In this document: in pieces, positions 45,133-53,955 of the stretch
Position numbering within the stretch: position 1 is the first letter of the stretch
Layout of the letters: each line of letters begins with the position of its first letter
Source of the DNA: an uncultured Bacteroidia bacterium
Lineage (GTDB): Bacteria; Bacteroidota; Bacteroidia; Bacteroidales; CAJPTX01
Reading direction: 5' to 3'
DNA: 64,000 nt
Assembly (NCBI GenBank): GCA_963546395.1
Contig: CAUUMS010000002.1
Coordinates: 124,181-188,180, forward strand
Position numbers and translations under genes: made by a program
The notes under the pieces: model-generated
Databases searched by the model: none
Told to the model about the DNA's origin: nothing
Seen by the model: the letters and a program-made list of their open reading frames with translations, nothing else

Positions 45133-46092
45133 TTACTTTTGAATGGGGGATTCCCCGTCGGAGGCTCTGCCTCCCTGCATCACCGAGGCCACGTCGTGCG
45201 CTATCTGCGCCTTCAGGGCCGCGAGGGTGGAAAACTTTAGCTCGTCGCGCAGCTTGCGCAGGAAGGTGATCTCCACGTTGGCCCCGTACAGGTTGCCCGA
45301 GTAGCCCAACAGGTGCGCCTCGATGCTCACGGCGTGGCTCGAGTTCACGGTGGGGCGGGTACCCACGTTCACCACGGCTCGGTAACGCTCGTGGTTGGGA
45401 ATCTGACACACGCCCTCGTACACCCCATGCCCTGGGAGCAGCTGCCACTCGCCGCGGGGTGCGATGTTAGCCGTGGGAAAGCCGAGCTCCTGGCCCAGCT
45501 GGAATCCGTGCCCCACGGTGCCCCAGAATGCGAACGGACGATCCATGTAGCGCATGGCCCGCTCCAGTTGCCCCTGCCGGATGGATTCCCGGATCAGGGT
45601 CGAGCTCACAGCCAGGCCATCCATCATCACGGGGGCCGACTGGTAGGCCTCGAACCGATGCACCTGGGCGAAGGCCTCGAGTTGGGCAAAATCGCCCTGT
45701 CCGCCGTGCCCGAATCGGTGGTCATACCCCATGAATATGGCCGAGGGGGCGAGTGGCGATTGGCAGATCATCGAGAGGAATTCCCCTGCGCTCTTAGCTG
45801 CCATCTCCAGGGTGAAATCTAGCACGACCACACCGTCCAGGCCCACCTCTGCCAGTAGGGCGAGCTTGCTCTCTAGGTCGTTGATGAGCTCTAGCTGATG
45901 GGGGGCATGCCCCAGCACAATGCGGGGATGCGGCCACAGGGTCACCGCAACGGCCGGTGCACCATGCTCGGCTGCGTGGTGACGCACCTGCTGCAAGAGG
46001 TGCTGATGGCCCACGTGCAGCCCGTCAAAGAATCCCAACGTGGTAACGGCCCGCGGCGAATGGGCCTCGGCGAGCGAGTGCCAGACTTGCAT
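45133..46092 (-). CDS. ribF: Bifunctional riboflavin kinase / FMN adenylyltransferase
   Basis: I chose the true start at Met74 of the track ORF (MQVWHSLAEAHSPRAVTTLGFFDGLHVGHQ). The C-terminal riboflavin kinase motifs are GFPTAN and ...EAHLL. Confidence 0.9.
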   Translation of the reverse strand: MQVWHSLAEAHSPRAVTTLGFFDGLHVGHQHLLQQVRHHAAEHGAPAVAVTLWPHPRIVLGHAPHQLELINDLESKLALLAEVGLDGVVVLDFTLEMAAKSAGEFLSMICQSPLAPSAIFMGYDHRFGHGGQGDFAQLEAFAQVHRFEAYQSAPVMMDGLAVSSTLIRESIRQGQLERAMRYMDRPFAFWGTVGHGFQLGQELGFPTANIAPRGEWQLLPGHGVYEGVCQIPNHERYRAVVNVGTRPTVNSSHAVSIEAHLLGYSGNLYGANVEITFLRKLRDELKFSTLAALKAQIAHDVASVMQGGRASDGESPIQK

Positions 46093-46121
46093 GGGATTGT
46101 CAGCGTCTGCTAATTGTGCGC

Positions 46122-46129
46122 CAAAGGTA
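46122..46129 (-). promoter_or_regulatory. -7 promoter box (TACCTTTG on the minus strand) for ribF
   Basis: The + strand reads CAAAGGTA, 30 nt upstream of the ATG at 46092. This supports the shorter ribF start. Confidence 0.5.
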
Positions 46130-46201
46130 GCCAAACGCCACCACATGGGCAGATGTGAGCCCACTCCACGCTGTGGCTGTGCATGGCCCCACGTGCCCCC
46201 A

Positions 46202-47281
46202 TCAGACGTTGAGTTTGCCGGCAACGAACGCCGACAGGATGCGCCGTGTGTGTACAATGGCCTCACCAAGCGGCATGTGTAGCAAACCGCCCGCAGCCTG
46301 CGGATGCCCACCCCCGTTGAAGTAGCGTTGGGCGAGACCGTTCACCACAATACCATTGCGACTGCGGAGAGACACGCGTACGCTCTTGGCATTGCGCTCC
46401 GTCAGGAGTACGCTCACGTTGAGCCCATCGATGCACAGCGGCTCGTTGACCAGCCCCTCGGTGTCCCCAGGCTGAAAGTCGAAATGCTGGAGCAGCTTCC
46501 TGGGCAAATCGATCATGGCGGCCTGTCCCCCAGCCACCAGTACCATCCGCTCGTGCAGCGCGCAGCCATACAGGCGCATCCGTCCCTCGGAGTAGCTCCC
46601 GTACACGTGGCTGCGTATGGCGGCCACGTCGGCTCCTCGCTCTAGCAAGTGTCCCGCCGCCGTGTAGGGGTGACGGCTGTGGCAGGCGTAGCTGAAGGAG
46701 CCCGTGTCGGTCATGATGCCCATGTACAGGGCCTGGGCCACGGCGGGCGTGATGGCCTCTTGCCCCCACAGCCGCATCACCAGCTCGTACACCACCTCAG
46801 AGGCAGAGCTCGCGAGGGGGTAGGAGAAGTACAAGTCGAAGTCGTCCGATGGCCCCACGTGATGGTCGAGCATGATGCGCGGGCAGGGGAAATCGGCTAG
46901 CAGCTCTGCGAGGGGGGGATCCACCCGGCGGATATCGTTAAAGTCCAGGCATATCAGCGCATCGCACGCTGCGCTGCTCGCATTGACGGCCTCCGCGTCC
47001 TCCTCGAAGACGTCTACCAGCGTGCCGCCCTCCAGCCAGGCGAAAGCCTTGGGAATCCCGTTCGGGGCGGTGCAGCGCACGTCGTAGCCGAGCGATTGCA
47101 GCACGAGTCCTAGCCCCAGCATCGAGCCCACGGCATCCCCATCGGGCCGCGCGTGGCACACCAGCCGAAGATGGTGCGCTCCAGTCAGAATCTGGGTAAA
47201 ACGTGCCAGCGCGTAGGGGCTGAAAACTCGCTCCACCTGCGCCTCTACCATGCTGACAATCCCCTGCGTTCCCTCCTGCAT
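46202..47281 (-). CDS. nrnA: DHH-family phosphoesterase (NrnA-like oligoribonuclease / pAp phosphatase)
   Basis: The DHH motifs HARPDGDAVGS, DFND and MLDHH are present, with the C-terminal DHHA1 motif GGGHPQAAG. Confidence 0.8.
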   Translation of the reverse strand: MQEGTQGIVSMVEAQVERVFSPYALARFTQILTGAHHLRLVCHARPDGDAVGSMLGLGLVLQSLGYDVRCTAPNGIPKAFAWLEGGTLVDVFEEDAEAVNASSAACDALICLDFNDIRRVDPPLAELLADFPCPRIMLDHHVGPSDDFDLYFSYPLASSASEVVYELVMRLWGQEAITPAVAQALYMGIMTDTGSFSYACHSRHPYTAAGHLLERGADVAAIRSHVYGSYSEGRMRLYGCALHERMVLVAGGQAAMIDLPRKLLQHFDFQPGDTEGLVNEPLCIDGLNVSVLLTERNAKSVRVSLRSRNGIVVNGLAQRYFNGGGHPQAAGGLLHMPLGEAIVHTRRILSAFVAGKLNV

Positions 47282-47289
47282 ACCTGCGC

Positions 47290-47613
47290 CTATCGAAATC
47301 GTAAATCCTGCACCACCTCTTGCCCCATCCGGGCATTCAGCGTGTCGCGTATCTGGTCTCGCTGGGCATTCAGCTCCATGCGTAGCGCATCGTTGTTGAT
47401 ACGTATCGTGAGCGTGCCCCGGCGCAGGGTGAAATCCTCGGTGGCCCGACGAAAGTACTCGTTGTTCTCAGCCAGCCATATCTCGCGTAGTCGCAGCAGG
47501 GTGTGGTGGGCCCGGAACACGGGGGAGCCCATGATGATTCGCCGCAGGCAGGCCCCGATTGGGTATGGGCCCCCTTGTCTACGCGTCTCATCCACCATGT
47601 CGCCCTTGCCCAT
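47290..47613 (-). CDS. DUF721-domain protein (small RNA-binding-like protein commonly downstream of recF)
   Basis: This is a 107-aa ORF. W...HT....RGTLTIRINNDALRMELN is the DUF721 pattern. Its ATG overlaps the recF stop by 1 nt (TAATG). Confidence 0.7.
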   Translation of the reverse strand: MGKGDMVDETRRQGGPYPIGACLRRIIMGSPVFRAHHTLLRLREIWLAENNEYFRRATEDFTLRRGTLTIRINNDALRMELNAQRDQIRDTLNARMGQEVVQDLRFR

Positions 47614-48722
47614 TAGCCTTGGGTTGAAGATAGTTCTACAAGCGCATTGTCCCCGGCGGCGTATATGCGCTTATCGCCGGGGTAGTCGGCCACCAGCTCC
47701 TCCATCTCGCGCTGCTCGCAGTGGGTGAGTAGCACCTGCCCGTAGGGCTCTTTGCCCAGGAGGGCTAGCAGCCGCTGGGCGCGCCCCTTGTCGAGCCGGT
47801 CGAGAATGTCATCGAGGAGTAGAATCGGCTTATCGCCCAGCCGTTGATGCAGTAGGAGGTACTGCGCCAGCCGCAGGGCTATGAGGAAGGTCTTCTGTTG
47901 CCCCTGCGACCCCTCGCTGCGCGCGGTGTGCCCGTCGATGGTGAACTCCATGCTGTCGCGATGCACGCCTACCGTGGTGTGCATCACCCGCAAATCGTGC
48001 GATCGGGCCCGTTGGAGCTGCTCGAGGTAATCCTCCCTGCCGAGCTGCGACTGGTAGGCAATGCCCACCGCCTCCTGGCTCCCGCTTATGGCCGCGTAGC
48101 ATTCGGCGAAGGGGCGAGACAGTGCTTGGCAGAATTCGTCCCGCGCTGCCTGCACGGCACGGCTGGGTTCCACAAGCTGCGCATCGATCGACTCAATGAC
48201 AGTGACATTGGCTCCGGCCCCCCGCTTGAGGTAGGCGTTGCGCTGGGCCACCATGTGCTCGAGCCGGGCGAGGTGGGAGAGGTAGGCCCGATCGTACTGC
48301 GAGATGGCAAAATTCATGAAGCGGCGTTTCAGCTCCCCCCCGTCGCTTATCAGGCGGGCATCATGCGGGTAGACGGCCGCCAACGGTAGTCGCCCCACGT
48401 GGTCGCCTAGCCGCTCGTAGGGCTTGTCATTGAAACGTACGCTCTTGCCCACGCCGGGCTGGTAGGTGAGGCTGGCGGTGCATGGGCCGCTGGGCGTGTC
48501 GTAACGGCCGAAGAGCGAGAGCCTCTCGGCGCCGTGGCGAAGGGTGGTGGGATCCGGGAGCCCCTGGGGCGACTTGCACAGGCTCAGGTAGTACACCATG
48601 TCGAGCACATTGGTCTTGCCCGCCCCGTTGGGGCCCACAATGGCGTTGAGCCCCGGCCCAAAGTGCATGCTCAGCTGGGGATAGCTACGAAAGTTGACCG
48701 ACTGCAATTCCCGGAGAATCAT
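47613..48722 (-). CDS. recF: DNA replication and repair protein RecF
   Basis: I chose the true start at Met58 of the track ORF (MILRELQSVNFRSYPQ). Walker A is GPNGAGKTNVLD and the signature region is SQGQQKT...LLLDD. Confidence 0.9.
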   Translation of the reverse strand: MILRELQSVNFRSYPQLSMHFGPGLNAIVGPNGAGKTNVLDMVYYLSLCKSPQGLPDPTTLRHGAERLSLFGRYDTPSGPCTASLTYQPGVGKSVRFNDKPYERLGDHVGRLPLAAVYPHDARLISDGGELKRRFMNFAISQYDRAYLSHLARLEHMVAQRNAYLKRGAGANVTVIESIDAQLVEPSRAVQAARDEFCQALSRPFAECYAAISGSQEAVGIAYQSQLGREDYLEQLQRARSHDLRVMHTTVGVHRDSMEFTIDGHTARSEGSQGQQKTFLIALRLAQYLLLHQRLGDKPILLLDDILDRLDKGRAQRLLALLGKEPYGQVLLTHCEQREMEELVADYPGDKRIYAAGDNALVELSSTQG

Positions 48723-48748
48723 GCACGTCTTACGACTCGATTGGATAG

Positions 48749-48756
48749 CGAAGGTA
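48749..48756 (-). promoter_or_regulatory. Possible -7 box variant (TACCTTCG on the minus strand) for recF
   Basis: It has one mismatch to TAnnTTTG and lies 27 nt upstream of the ATG at 48722. Confidence 0.3.
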
Positions 48757-48895
48757 CAACTATTTCTCGCGAGGGGCGGGCCCGCTAGCGCACCGTGCCC
48801 CAATGCTGCCAGCATGCGCCTATGGATAGCCCCATTGCCTAGCCGTTGTGGTTGGGACAATAGGGATGATGCCACGTGGCTGAAACCGACCATCT

Positions 48896-48954
48896 CCGTA
48901 TCAAACCCATATTTGGCCTGGCAAATACGGACTTGGTACGGAGTTGCTACAGCG
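48896..48954. repeat. Intergenic imperfect-palindrome repeat, copy C
   Basis: The sequence is CCGTATCAAACCCATATTTG-gcctgg-CAAATACGGACTTGGTACGG-AGTTGCTACAGCG. It lies between the mscL terminator and the recF promoter. Confidence 0.8.
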
Positions 48955-48988
48955 TGAAGCGGTTGCAGCTAGGGTGCTTGATGGGCAT

Positions 48989-49023
48989 AAAAAATCCCCC
49001 GCAGCCCTCGGGCGGCGGAGGAT
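48989..49023 (-). terminator. Rho-independent terminator of mscL
   Basis: On the minus strand a G/C-rich imperfect stem (TCCTCCGCCGCCC / GGGCTGCGGGGGA) is followed by TTTTTT, 30 nt after the mscL stop. Confidence 0.7.
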
Positions 49024-49054
49024 CTTAGTGTCACACGGGCCTTCGCCCGGCAGG

Positions 49055-49480
49055 CTACGCGTTGCGCTGCTTGAGCAGGTCGCGAATCTCGGTCAGCAGC
49101 GCCTCTTCCGGGCTCGGGGCGGGCGGTGCCGCTGGGGCCTCCTCTTTCTTTTTCTTGAGGGAGTTCATCCCCTTCACCATGATGAAGATGGCAAAGGCGA
49201 TGATGAGGAAGTCCACGGCCGTCTGTATGAAGTTGCCGTAATTGAGCGTCACGGCCTCAGTCGTGATAGCCCCGCTGGCATCGACTACGGCCGACTTGAG
49301 CTCCAGCTTCAGGTTGGTGAAGTCGGCACCCCCGAGCAGCACCCCGATAGGGGGCATGATTACGTCGGCCACTAGGGAGCTGATAATCTTACCGAAGGCT
49401 CCACCGATGATGATGCCGACGGCCATGTCTACCACGTTGCCTCGTAGGGCAAATGCTTTGAACTCTTGGAGGATCTTCAT
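49055..49480 (-). CDS. mscL: Large-conductance mechanosensitive channel
   Basis: This is the 141-aa C-terminal part of the 225-aa track ORF. It starts [33 protein letters not shown], which is the MscL signature. Confidence 0.93.
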   Translation of the reverse strand: MKILQEFKAFALRGNVVDMAVGIIIGGAFGKIISSLVADVIMPPIGVLLGGADFTNLKLELKSAVVDASGAITTEAVTLNYGNFIQTAVDFLIIAFAIFIMVKGMNSLKKKKEEAPAAPPAPSPEEALLTEIRDLLKQRNA

Positions 49481-49601
49481 GCTGTCTATCTGTTTGTGGG
49501 TACAATGGTTGGTGTGCAGCACTCCGCGCTGGGCACTGCTAGCACTGTAACGTGCATGGTGGGAAAAAGGATGCTGGTGCCCCCTGGGCGTTGGGCAATG
49601 A

Positions 49602-51131
49602 CTAGAAGTCGAAGTAGATAAACGGCTGCAAATCAGCAGTCTGTACGTGGAGGAATAGCAGGCTAGCGGCCACCGTGATGGCGAATTTTGCCCAGAGTGG
49701 GGCCTCGATGAATCGGCCCCGCGTGCGCTCAATCCACTCCAGCGGCATCCAGTGCAACGTGTAGCCCAGGGCCATCAGCAGGAGCACCACCTTGTAGCCG
49801 GCGAGGGCCTGGAGCCATGCCTGCGGGTGGAACTGATGGACAATCTGCCCTAGAACCTCCGTGGCTTGCTCCATGTTTTGGGCGCGGAAGAAGATCCACA
49901 GCAGGGCCACGTACTGGAACGTGAGCACCCTACGCAGTATCTGCACGTCGCGCCGGGCGAGGATTTGGGTCGGGAGCCGATCGATGAGCTTGCTCACCAC
50001 GAGCCCCAGGCCGTGGGCTCCGCCCCAGATGATGAATGTCCAGTCGGCGCCGTGCCATAGCCCGCCTAGAAGCATGGTGCCCATCAGGCTTAGCCACATC
50101 ACCGCTTGCCCGTGGCGATTACCGCCGAGCGGGATGTAGAGGTAGTCGCGCAGCCAGGTGGAGAGTGAGATATGCCAACGTCGCCAGAAGTCGCTCAGGG
50201 TGCTAGCCCGGTAGGGGAAATTGAAGTTGATGGAGAGCCGGAAGCCGAGTAGCAACGCTACGCCGATGGCGATGTCGGTGTAACCGGAGAAGTCGCAGTA
50301 TATCTGGAGCACGTAGCCGTACGTGGCCATCAGATTCTCCAGCCCGGTGTATGCCTGCGGATTGGCAAAGATGCGATCGACGAGGTTCAGGGCGATGTAA
50401 TCGGACAGCACTACCTTCTTGAAGAGCCCGATCAGGATGAGGAATAGCGCGTGCCCCATCTCGCGTTGGCTCACGCTGTAGGGGCGGTACATCTGCGGGA
50501 TGAACTCCGAGGCGCGCACGATGGGCCCCGCCACCAGCTGGGGGAAGAAGGCTAGGTAGAAGCCAAAGTCGATAGGGCTCTTTAGTGGGGCGAGCTGACG
50601 GCGGTAGATATCCACCACGTAGCTCACGGCCTGAAAGGTGTAGAAGCTGATGCCGACGGGTAGGATGACGGCCGCCAGCGTGTCGTCACCGCCGAATAGG
50701 TGCCAGGCGGCGCGGCCTAGCACGTCGTTCATGACGATGTCGGTGCCGAACAGGGCATTGAGCTGCGCCACGAAGAAGTTGGCATACTTGAAGTAGGCGA
50801 GCAGCCCGAGGTTGAGGCCCACGGAGGCAATGAGCACACCGCGCCGCTGCCAGCGTTCTTGTAGTCGGCCGAGGGCCCAACCGGCCCCGTAGTTGAACAG
50901 GATGGACAGCACGGCGAAGATGGCGAACACGCCGCACGACATGTAGTAGAACAGCAGGCTGAAGAGCAGCAGGTACAGGTTGCGCGTCGGGAGCTTGCGC
51001 TGCACGTATAGGTATCCCGTCCACAGCACGAGCAGGAAGATCCAGAAGTCGATGCGTGTGAAGAGGAGAGGCTGCTGCGCCTGGGGGCTGAGCAGATTCC
51101 TGAGCCATTCGGCCAGCAATGCCAGGCTCAT
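49602..51131 (-). CDS. MBOAT-family membrane O-acyltransferase (AlgI / PatA / DltB-like)
   Basis: It is polytopic. [25 protein letters not shown] and GGLWHGADW contain the conserved MBOAT His. Confidence 0.88.
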   Translation of the reverse strand: MSLALLAEWLRNLLSPQAQQPLLFTRIDFWIFLLVLWTGYLYVQRKLPTRNLYLLLFSLLFYYMSCGVFAIFAVLSILFNYGAGWALGRLQERWQRRGVLIASVGLNLGLLAYFKYANFFVAQLNALFGTDIVMNDVLGRAAWHLFGGDDTLAAVILPVGISFYTFQAVSYVVDIYRRQLAPLKSPIDFGFYLAFFPQLVAGPIVRASEFIPQMYRPYSVSQREMGHALFLILIGLFKKVVLSDYIALNLVDRIFANPQAYTGLENLMATYGYVLQIYCDFSGYTDIAIGVALLLGFRLSINFNFPYRASTLSDFWRRWHISLSTWLRDYLYIPLGGNRHGQAVMWLSLMGTMLLGGLWHGADWTFIIWGGAHGLGLVVSKLIDRLPTQILARRDVQILRRVLTFQYVALLWIFFRAQNMEQATEVLGQIVHQFHPQAWLQALAGYKVVLLLMALGYTLHWMPLEWIERTRGRFIEAPLWAKFAITVAASLLFLHVQTADLQPFIYFDF

Positions 51132-52405
51132 GTGTTGGGTTTCTTTTGGGTTAGCATGCGGTGTAGTGCCACGCCGAGGAGGCTCCCCTGTAGCCTGTAG
51201 CCGTTGGGGGAGAGATGCAAGCCATCACGGGCCACGAGCCCCTGGTTGCTCCATGAGTGGATGCTGCCCTCGCCGCCCATGATACGCTGGAAGTCCCACA
51301 GCCCGAGCCCCATATCCACGGCCATATTGCGGATTACCTCCGCGGCCTCGGCCACTGTCTCATTTACGGTGCCATTGCGCCGGAGATGGTCATTGGGGGT
51401 GGTGACAATGATGAACGCATCGGGGCACTGGCTCTGAATACGGCGTAGTAGGGTCTCGTAATCGAAGCGGAATCGCACGGGATCGAAAGAGCGATTGTAG
51501 GCATCGTTTGTGCCGAGCGACACAATGATGATCTGGGCGCGCAGAATCTCGGCCCCCACCGGGAGCATGGTGTTGCGCAGGTGGGCACGTACGTCAGCGC
51601 CATTGAGCCCCGCCGAGTGGTAGAGCAGCTGCGAGGTATCATCGTCGAACACGAAGCCGAGGAACCGAAAGTTCCCCTGTAGTCCCCCCTGGCGATTGAG
51701 GCTCAGGGTGAGTCGATCTGGGGGAGTGCTGAAGCTGAAACTGGCAATGCCCCGGAGCATGTCGAGCGTGTCGGGCCGGTTGCCATTGAGCATGGGCACG
51801 GGCGATTGGCTCCCGGGTACGAAGAGCACGCTGATGTGTCGGGGTTGCGTGCAGAGGGTGCGATTCGCATTGAGGCCGATGCGCATGGGGCCCGCATTGG
51901 AGGTGGCATCTATGGCGATGCCGGCCACGCTCAGGGCTTGGGGCTCGCGGGCCTTGGTGGCCAGTACGGGTCGCCAGCCATCTTGCGCCCGCGAATGCAT
52001 GCCGCTAGGCTCGTTGGAGCGGGCCATGCCAAAGGGGAAAGTGAAGCCCCGCGTGGCCCGTGGAAGGTTGTAGGCGTGTAGCAGGTAGCTACGCGTGGCC
52101 TCTGGGGCAAAGTCGCCCTGTATGTGCGAGTCGCCCACCTGGAGGATCGATAGACGGGTGCCCTTGCTGGGCGACCAACGTGTGCACTGCTCGGCGTTCT
52201 CAATCGTGTTGTTAGGCCAGCTCTCGGCCAGGGAGTCAATGAAGCTCAGCGACCAGTCGTTCTGGGCTCTGGCACTTGGGGCAAGTCCAAGGCCTGCCAT
52301 GAGCGTGAGCATGAGGGTGAGGAGAGGCGTGAGCCGGGAGTGGTGTCCCGACAGCCGCATGGCCGACAGCGTGGCCCACCGTGTGTGCTGGGCCGAGCTA
52401 CTCAT
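51128..52405 (-). CDS. SGNH/GDSL-hydrolase-fold protein (secreted); candidate O-acetyltransferase or O-acetyl esterase
   Basis: A signal peptide is present (LLTLMLTLMAGLGLAPSARAQ). Block I is ILQVGDSHIQGD, block III is VSLGTNDA and block V is DGLHL. I chose the start at 52405, overlapping the upstream stop by 8 nt; 52360 is possible. Confidence 0.8.
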   Translation of the reverse strand: MSSSAQHTRWATLSAMRLSGHHSRLTPLLTLMLTLMAGLGLAPSARAQNDWSLSFIDSLAESWPNNTIENAEQCTRWSPSKGTRLSILQVGDSHIQGDFAPEATRSYLLHAYNLPRATRGFTFPFGMARSNEPSGMHSRAQDGWRPVLATKAREPQALSVAGIAIDATSNAGPMRIGLNANRTLCTQPRHISVLFVPGSQSPVPMLNGNRPDTLDMLRGIASFSFSTPPDRLTLSLNRQGGLQGNFRFLGFVFDDDTSQLLYHSAGLNGADVRAHLRNTMLPVGAEILRAQIIIVSLGTNDAYNRSFDPVRFRFDYETLLRRIQSQCPDAFIIVTTPNDHLRRNGTVNETVAEAAEVIRNMAVDMGLGLWDFQRIMGGEGSIHSWSNQGLVARDGLHLSPNGYRLQGSLLGVALHRMLTQKKPNT

Positions 52406-53918
52406 TCTGCTTGCGGGCCGTGTCTGCCGTGGCGCGCTGGCTACGCTTGGTGTACGCCTGGTAGGCCTCCATGAGGGCGCTGTAGAAGAGCTCGCCCACG
52501 TAGCGTGCCCCCCGGGGGGTAAAGTGCACGTAGTCGCTCGTGGCCATGGGAGGCGTTGCATTCACCCATGAGACAATGGCATTTTCTCCACCCATGGCCT
52601 CGTAGCAATCCCAGAAGGCTATGCCCGACTCAAGGGCTGCGCTACGCTGCGCATTACGCACGAGTTGCACGTTGGGATACGTTCGAAAGGTCTCCCCCTC
52701 CTTCTCGGCCATGTCTGAGACACCAATGATGATGAAGGAGCAATGGGGGAGAAGGGCTCGCAGCCGACGGATTTGCTTCTTGAGCATGTCACGGTAGAAT
52801 GCGTAGCTATTCAGCCGTGAGGGCACCATGTTTACCCCAAATTGCAGGATCACGAGCCTTGGGGCTAGCAACGAGCGTATAGCTGCAAACGTGGTGTCAT
52901 TGATGGCCGTGAAGTCGGTACCACTACTACCGCGCAGTGGTAGGTTATCAACCTGAATGCCCGCAGGGGTCTCGTATGATATGCCCAGGATATCCGCGGG
53001 CTCCTTGGCCTCAAAGCGTAGCGCAAAGTGCTCTAGGCCGTCTGGGAGCGGCACCTTCACCTGCTGCATGATGGTGCTCTGGGGGGCCGTGCCATTCCAG
53101 ACTGTAGAATCACGTTGCACGAGCTGCACGAGGCAGTCAGCACCATGGGTGCGAAGTAGCACGCGGCACTGCGTAAAGCGCATCCCATTTCCGCTTTTGA
53201 GCTTGCGGCGGACATCTATCGTACCCACGTAGTGTGCCGAGTCGGTCGACTCGTAAACCTGTTGGCTAAATCGGCACAGGCTCCCCATGGGGCCGTAGGC
53301 TAGCTCAGGCTTACGGTGGGTGGCAGGCATCATGGAGTAGGACTCCCACCCCGAGGAGTGTTTTACGCTGAGGCCGAAGGGGGGCGAAACGGGAGGTACG
53401 GCACTCACTAGCCCTACCCCCTTACCACCAAAGCTACCCTGCAAGCGGCTCCGGATGTAGGACGTAATGCGATCGCCCTCTACCTGGGAGTCGCCAAAGT
53501 GGAGAATGCGCAGCGCACGCCCATTGGTGGCGATGGCCTGTAGATGCGCAAAGAATTTGCCAAGTTGTGCCTCTCCATCCTCTGTATACTGGATGGATGG
53601 ACTCTTTACCGTGCGGATCGCCTCTGCCGTGGTAGCTGTGGATTGCGCATTACCCTTGGTGGGTGGCTTTGGCGCGCTGTCCGATAGCTCTATCGCTGCC
53701 TGTAGGCTCTCGGCGGCATCGGCTAGCTGGAGCACGGAGTCGGCTGGCTGTGGGCGATCGGCCGATGCTGCGGAGCGTCCTAGGAATGGGAGCTGAGACG
53801 TGGCTGGTAGCCAGCCCATCCACTTGCACGTGGGTCGTATGGGCTTGCCCAGTAGCGCAAGTCCGTACACGGCCAGCAACACGGATAGCAGGAACAGGTA
53901 CGCCCTGGTGCCTTTCAT
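52398..53918 (-). CDS. SGNH/GDSL-hydrolase-fold protein with an N-terminal membrane anchor; candidate O-acetyltransferase or O-acetyl esterase
   Basis: The N-terminal TM helix is AYLFLLSVLLAVYGLALLG. Block I is ILHFGDSQVEGD, block III-like is LQFGVNM and block V is SDYVHF. Confidence 0.8.
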   Translation of the reverse strand: MKGTRAYLFLLSVLLAVYGLALLGKPIRPTCKWMGWLPATSQLPFLGRSAASADRPQPADSVLQLADAAESLQAAIELSDSAPKPPTKGNAQSTATTAEAIRTVKSPSIQYTEDGEAQLGKFFAHLQAIATNGRALRILHFGDSQVEGDRITSYIRSRLQGSFGGKGVGLVSAVPPVSPPFGLSVKHSSGWESYSMMPATHRKPELAYGPMGSLCRFSQQVYESTDSAHYVGTIDVRRKLKSGNGMRFTQCRVLLRTHGADCLVQLVQRDSTVWNGTAPQSTIMQQVKVPLPDGLEHFALRFEAKEPADILGISYETPAGIQVDNLPLRGSSGTDFTAINDTTFAAIRSLLAPRLVILQFGVNMVPSRLNSYAFYRDMLKKQIRRLRALLPHCSFIIIGVSDMAEKEGETFRTYPNVQLVRNAQRSAALESGIAFWDCYEAMGGENAIVSWVNATPPMATSDYVHFTPRGARYVGELFYSALMEAYQAYTKRSQRATADTARKQNE

Positions 53919-53955
53919 CGGTGCGTAAAATGGTGGATTGAGGGGGGAAGTACCT

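Noticed and set aside
46093-46311. The ORF track extends ribF upstream by 73 codons, overlapping the nrnA 3' end.
   Set aside because: The conserved FAD-synthetase N-terminus (TLGFFDGLHVGH) begins shortly after Met74, and a TACCTTTG box lies inside the extension.
48723-48893. The ORF track extends recF upstream by 57 codons.
   Set aside because: RecF homologues start at M-I/L-L-x-x-L-x-x-x-N-F-R, as at 48722. A promoter-like box lies inside the extension.
49481-49732. The ORF track extends mscL upstream, giving a 225-aa ORF.
   Set aside because: The canonical MscL N-terminus [10 protein letters not shown] starts at 49480. The extension overlaps the 3' end of the MBOAT gene.
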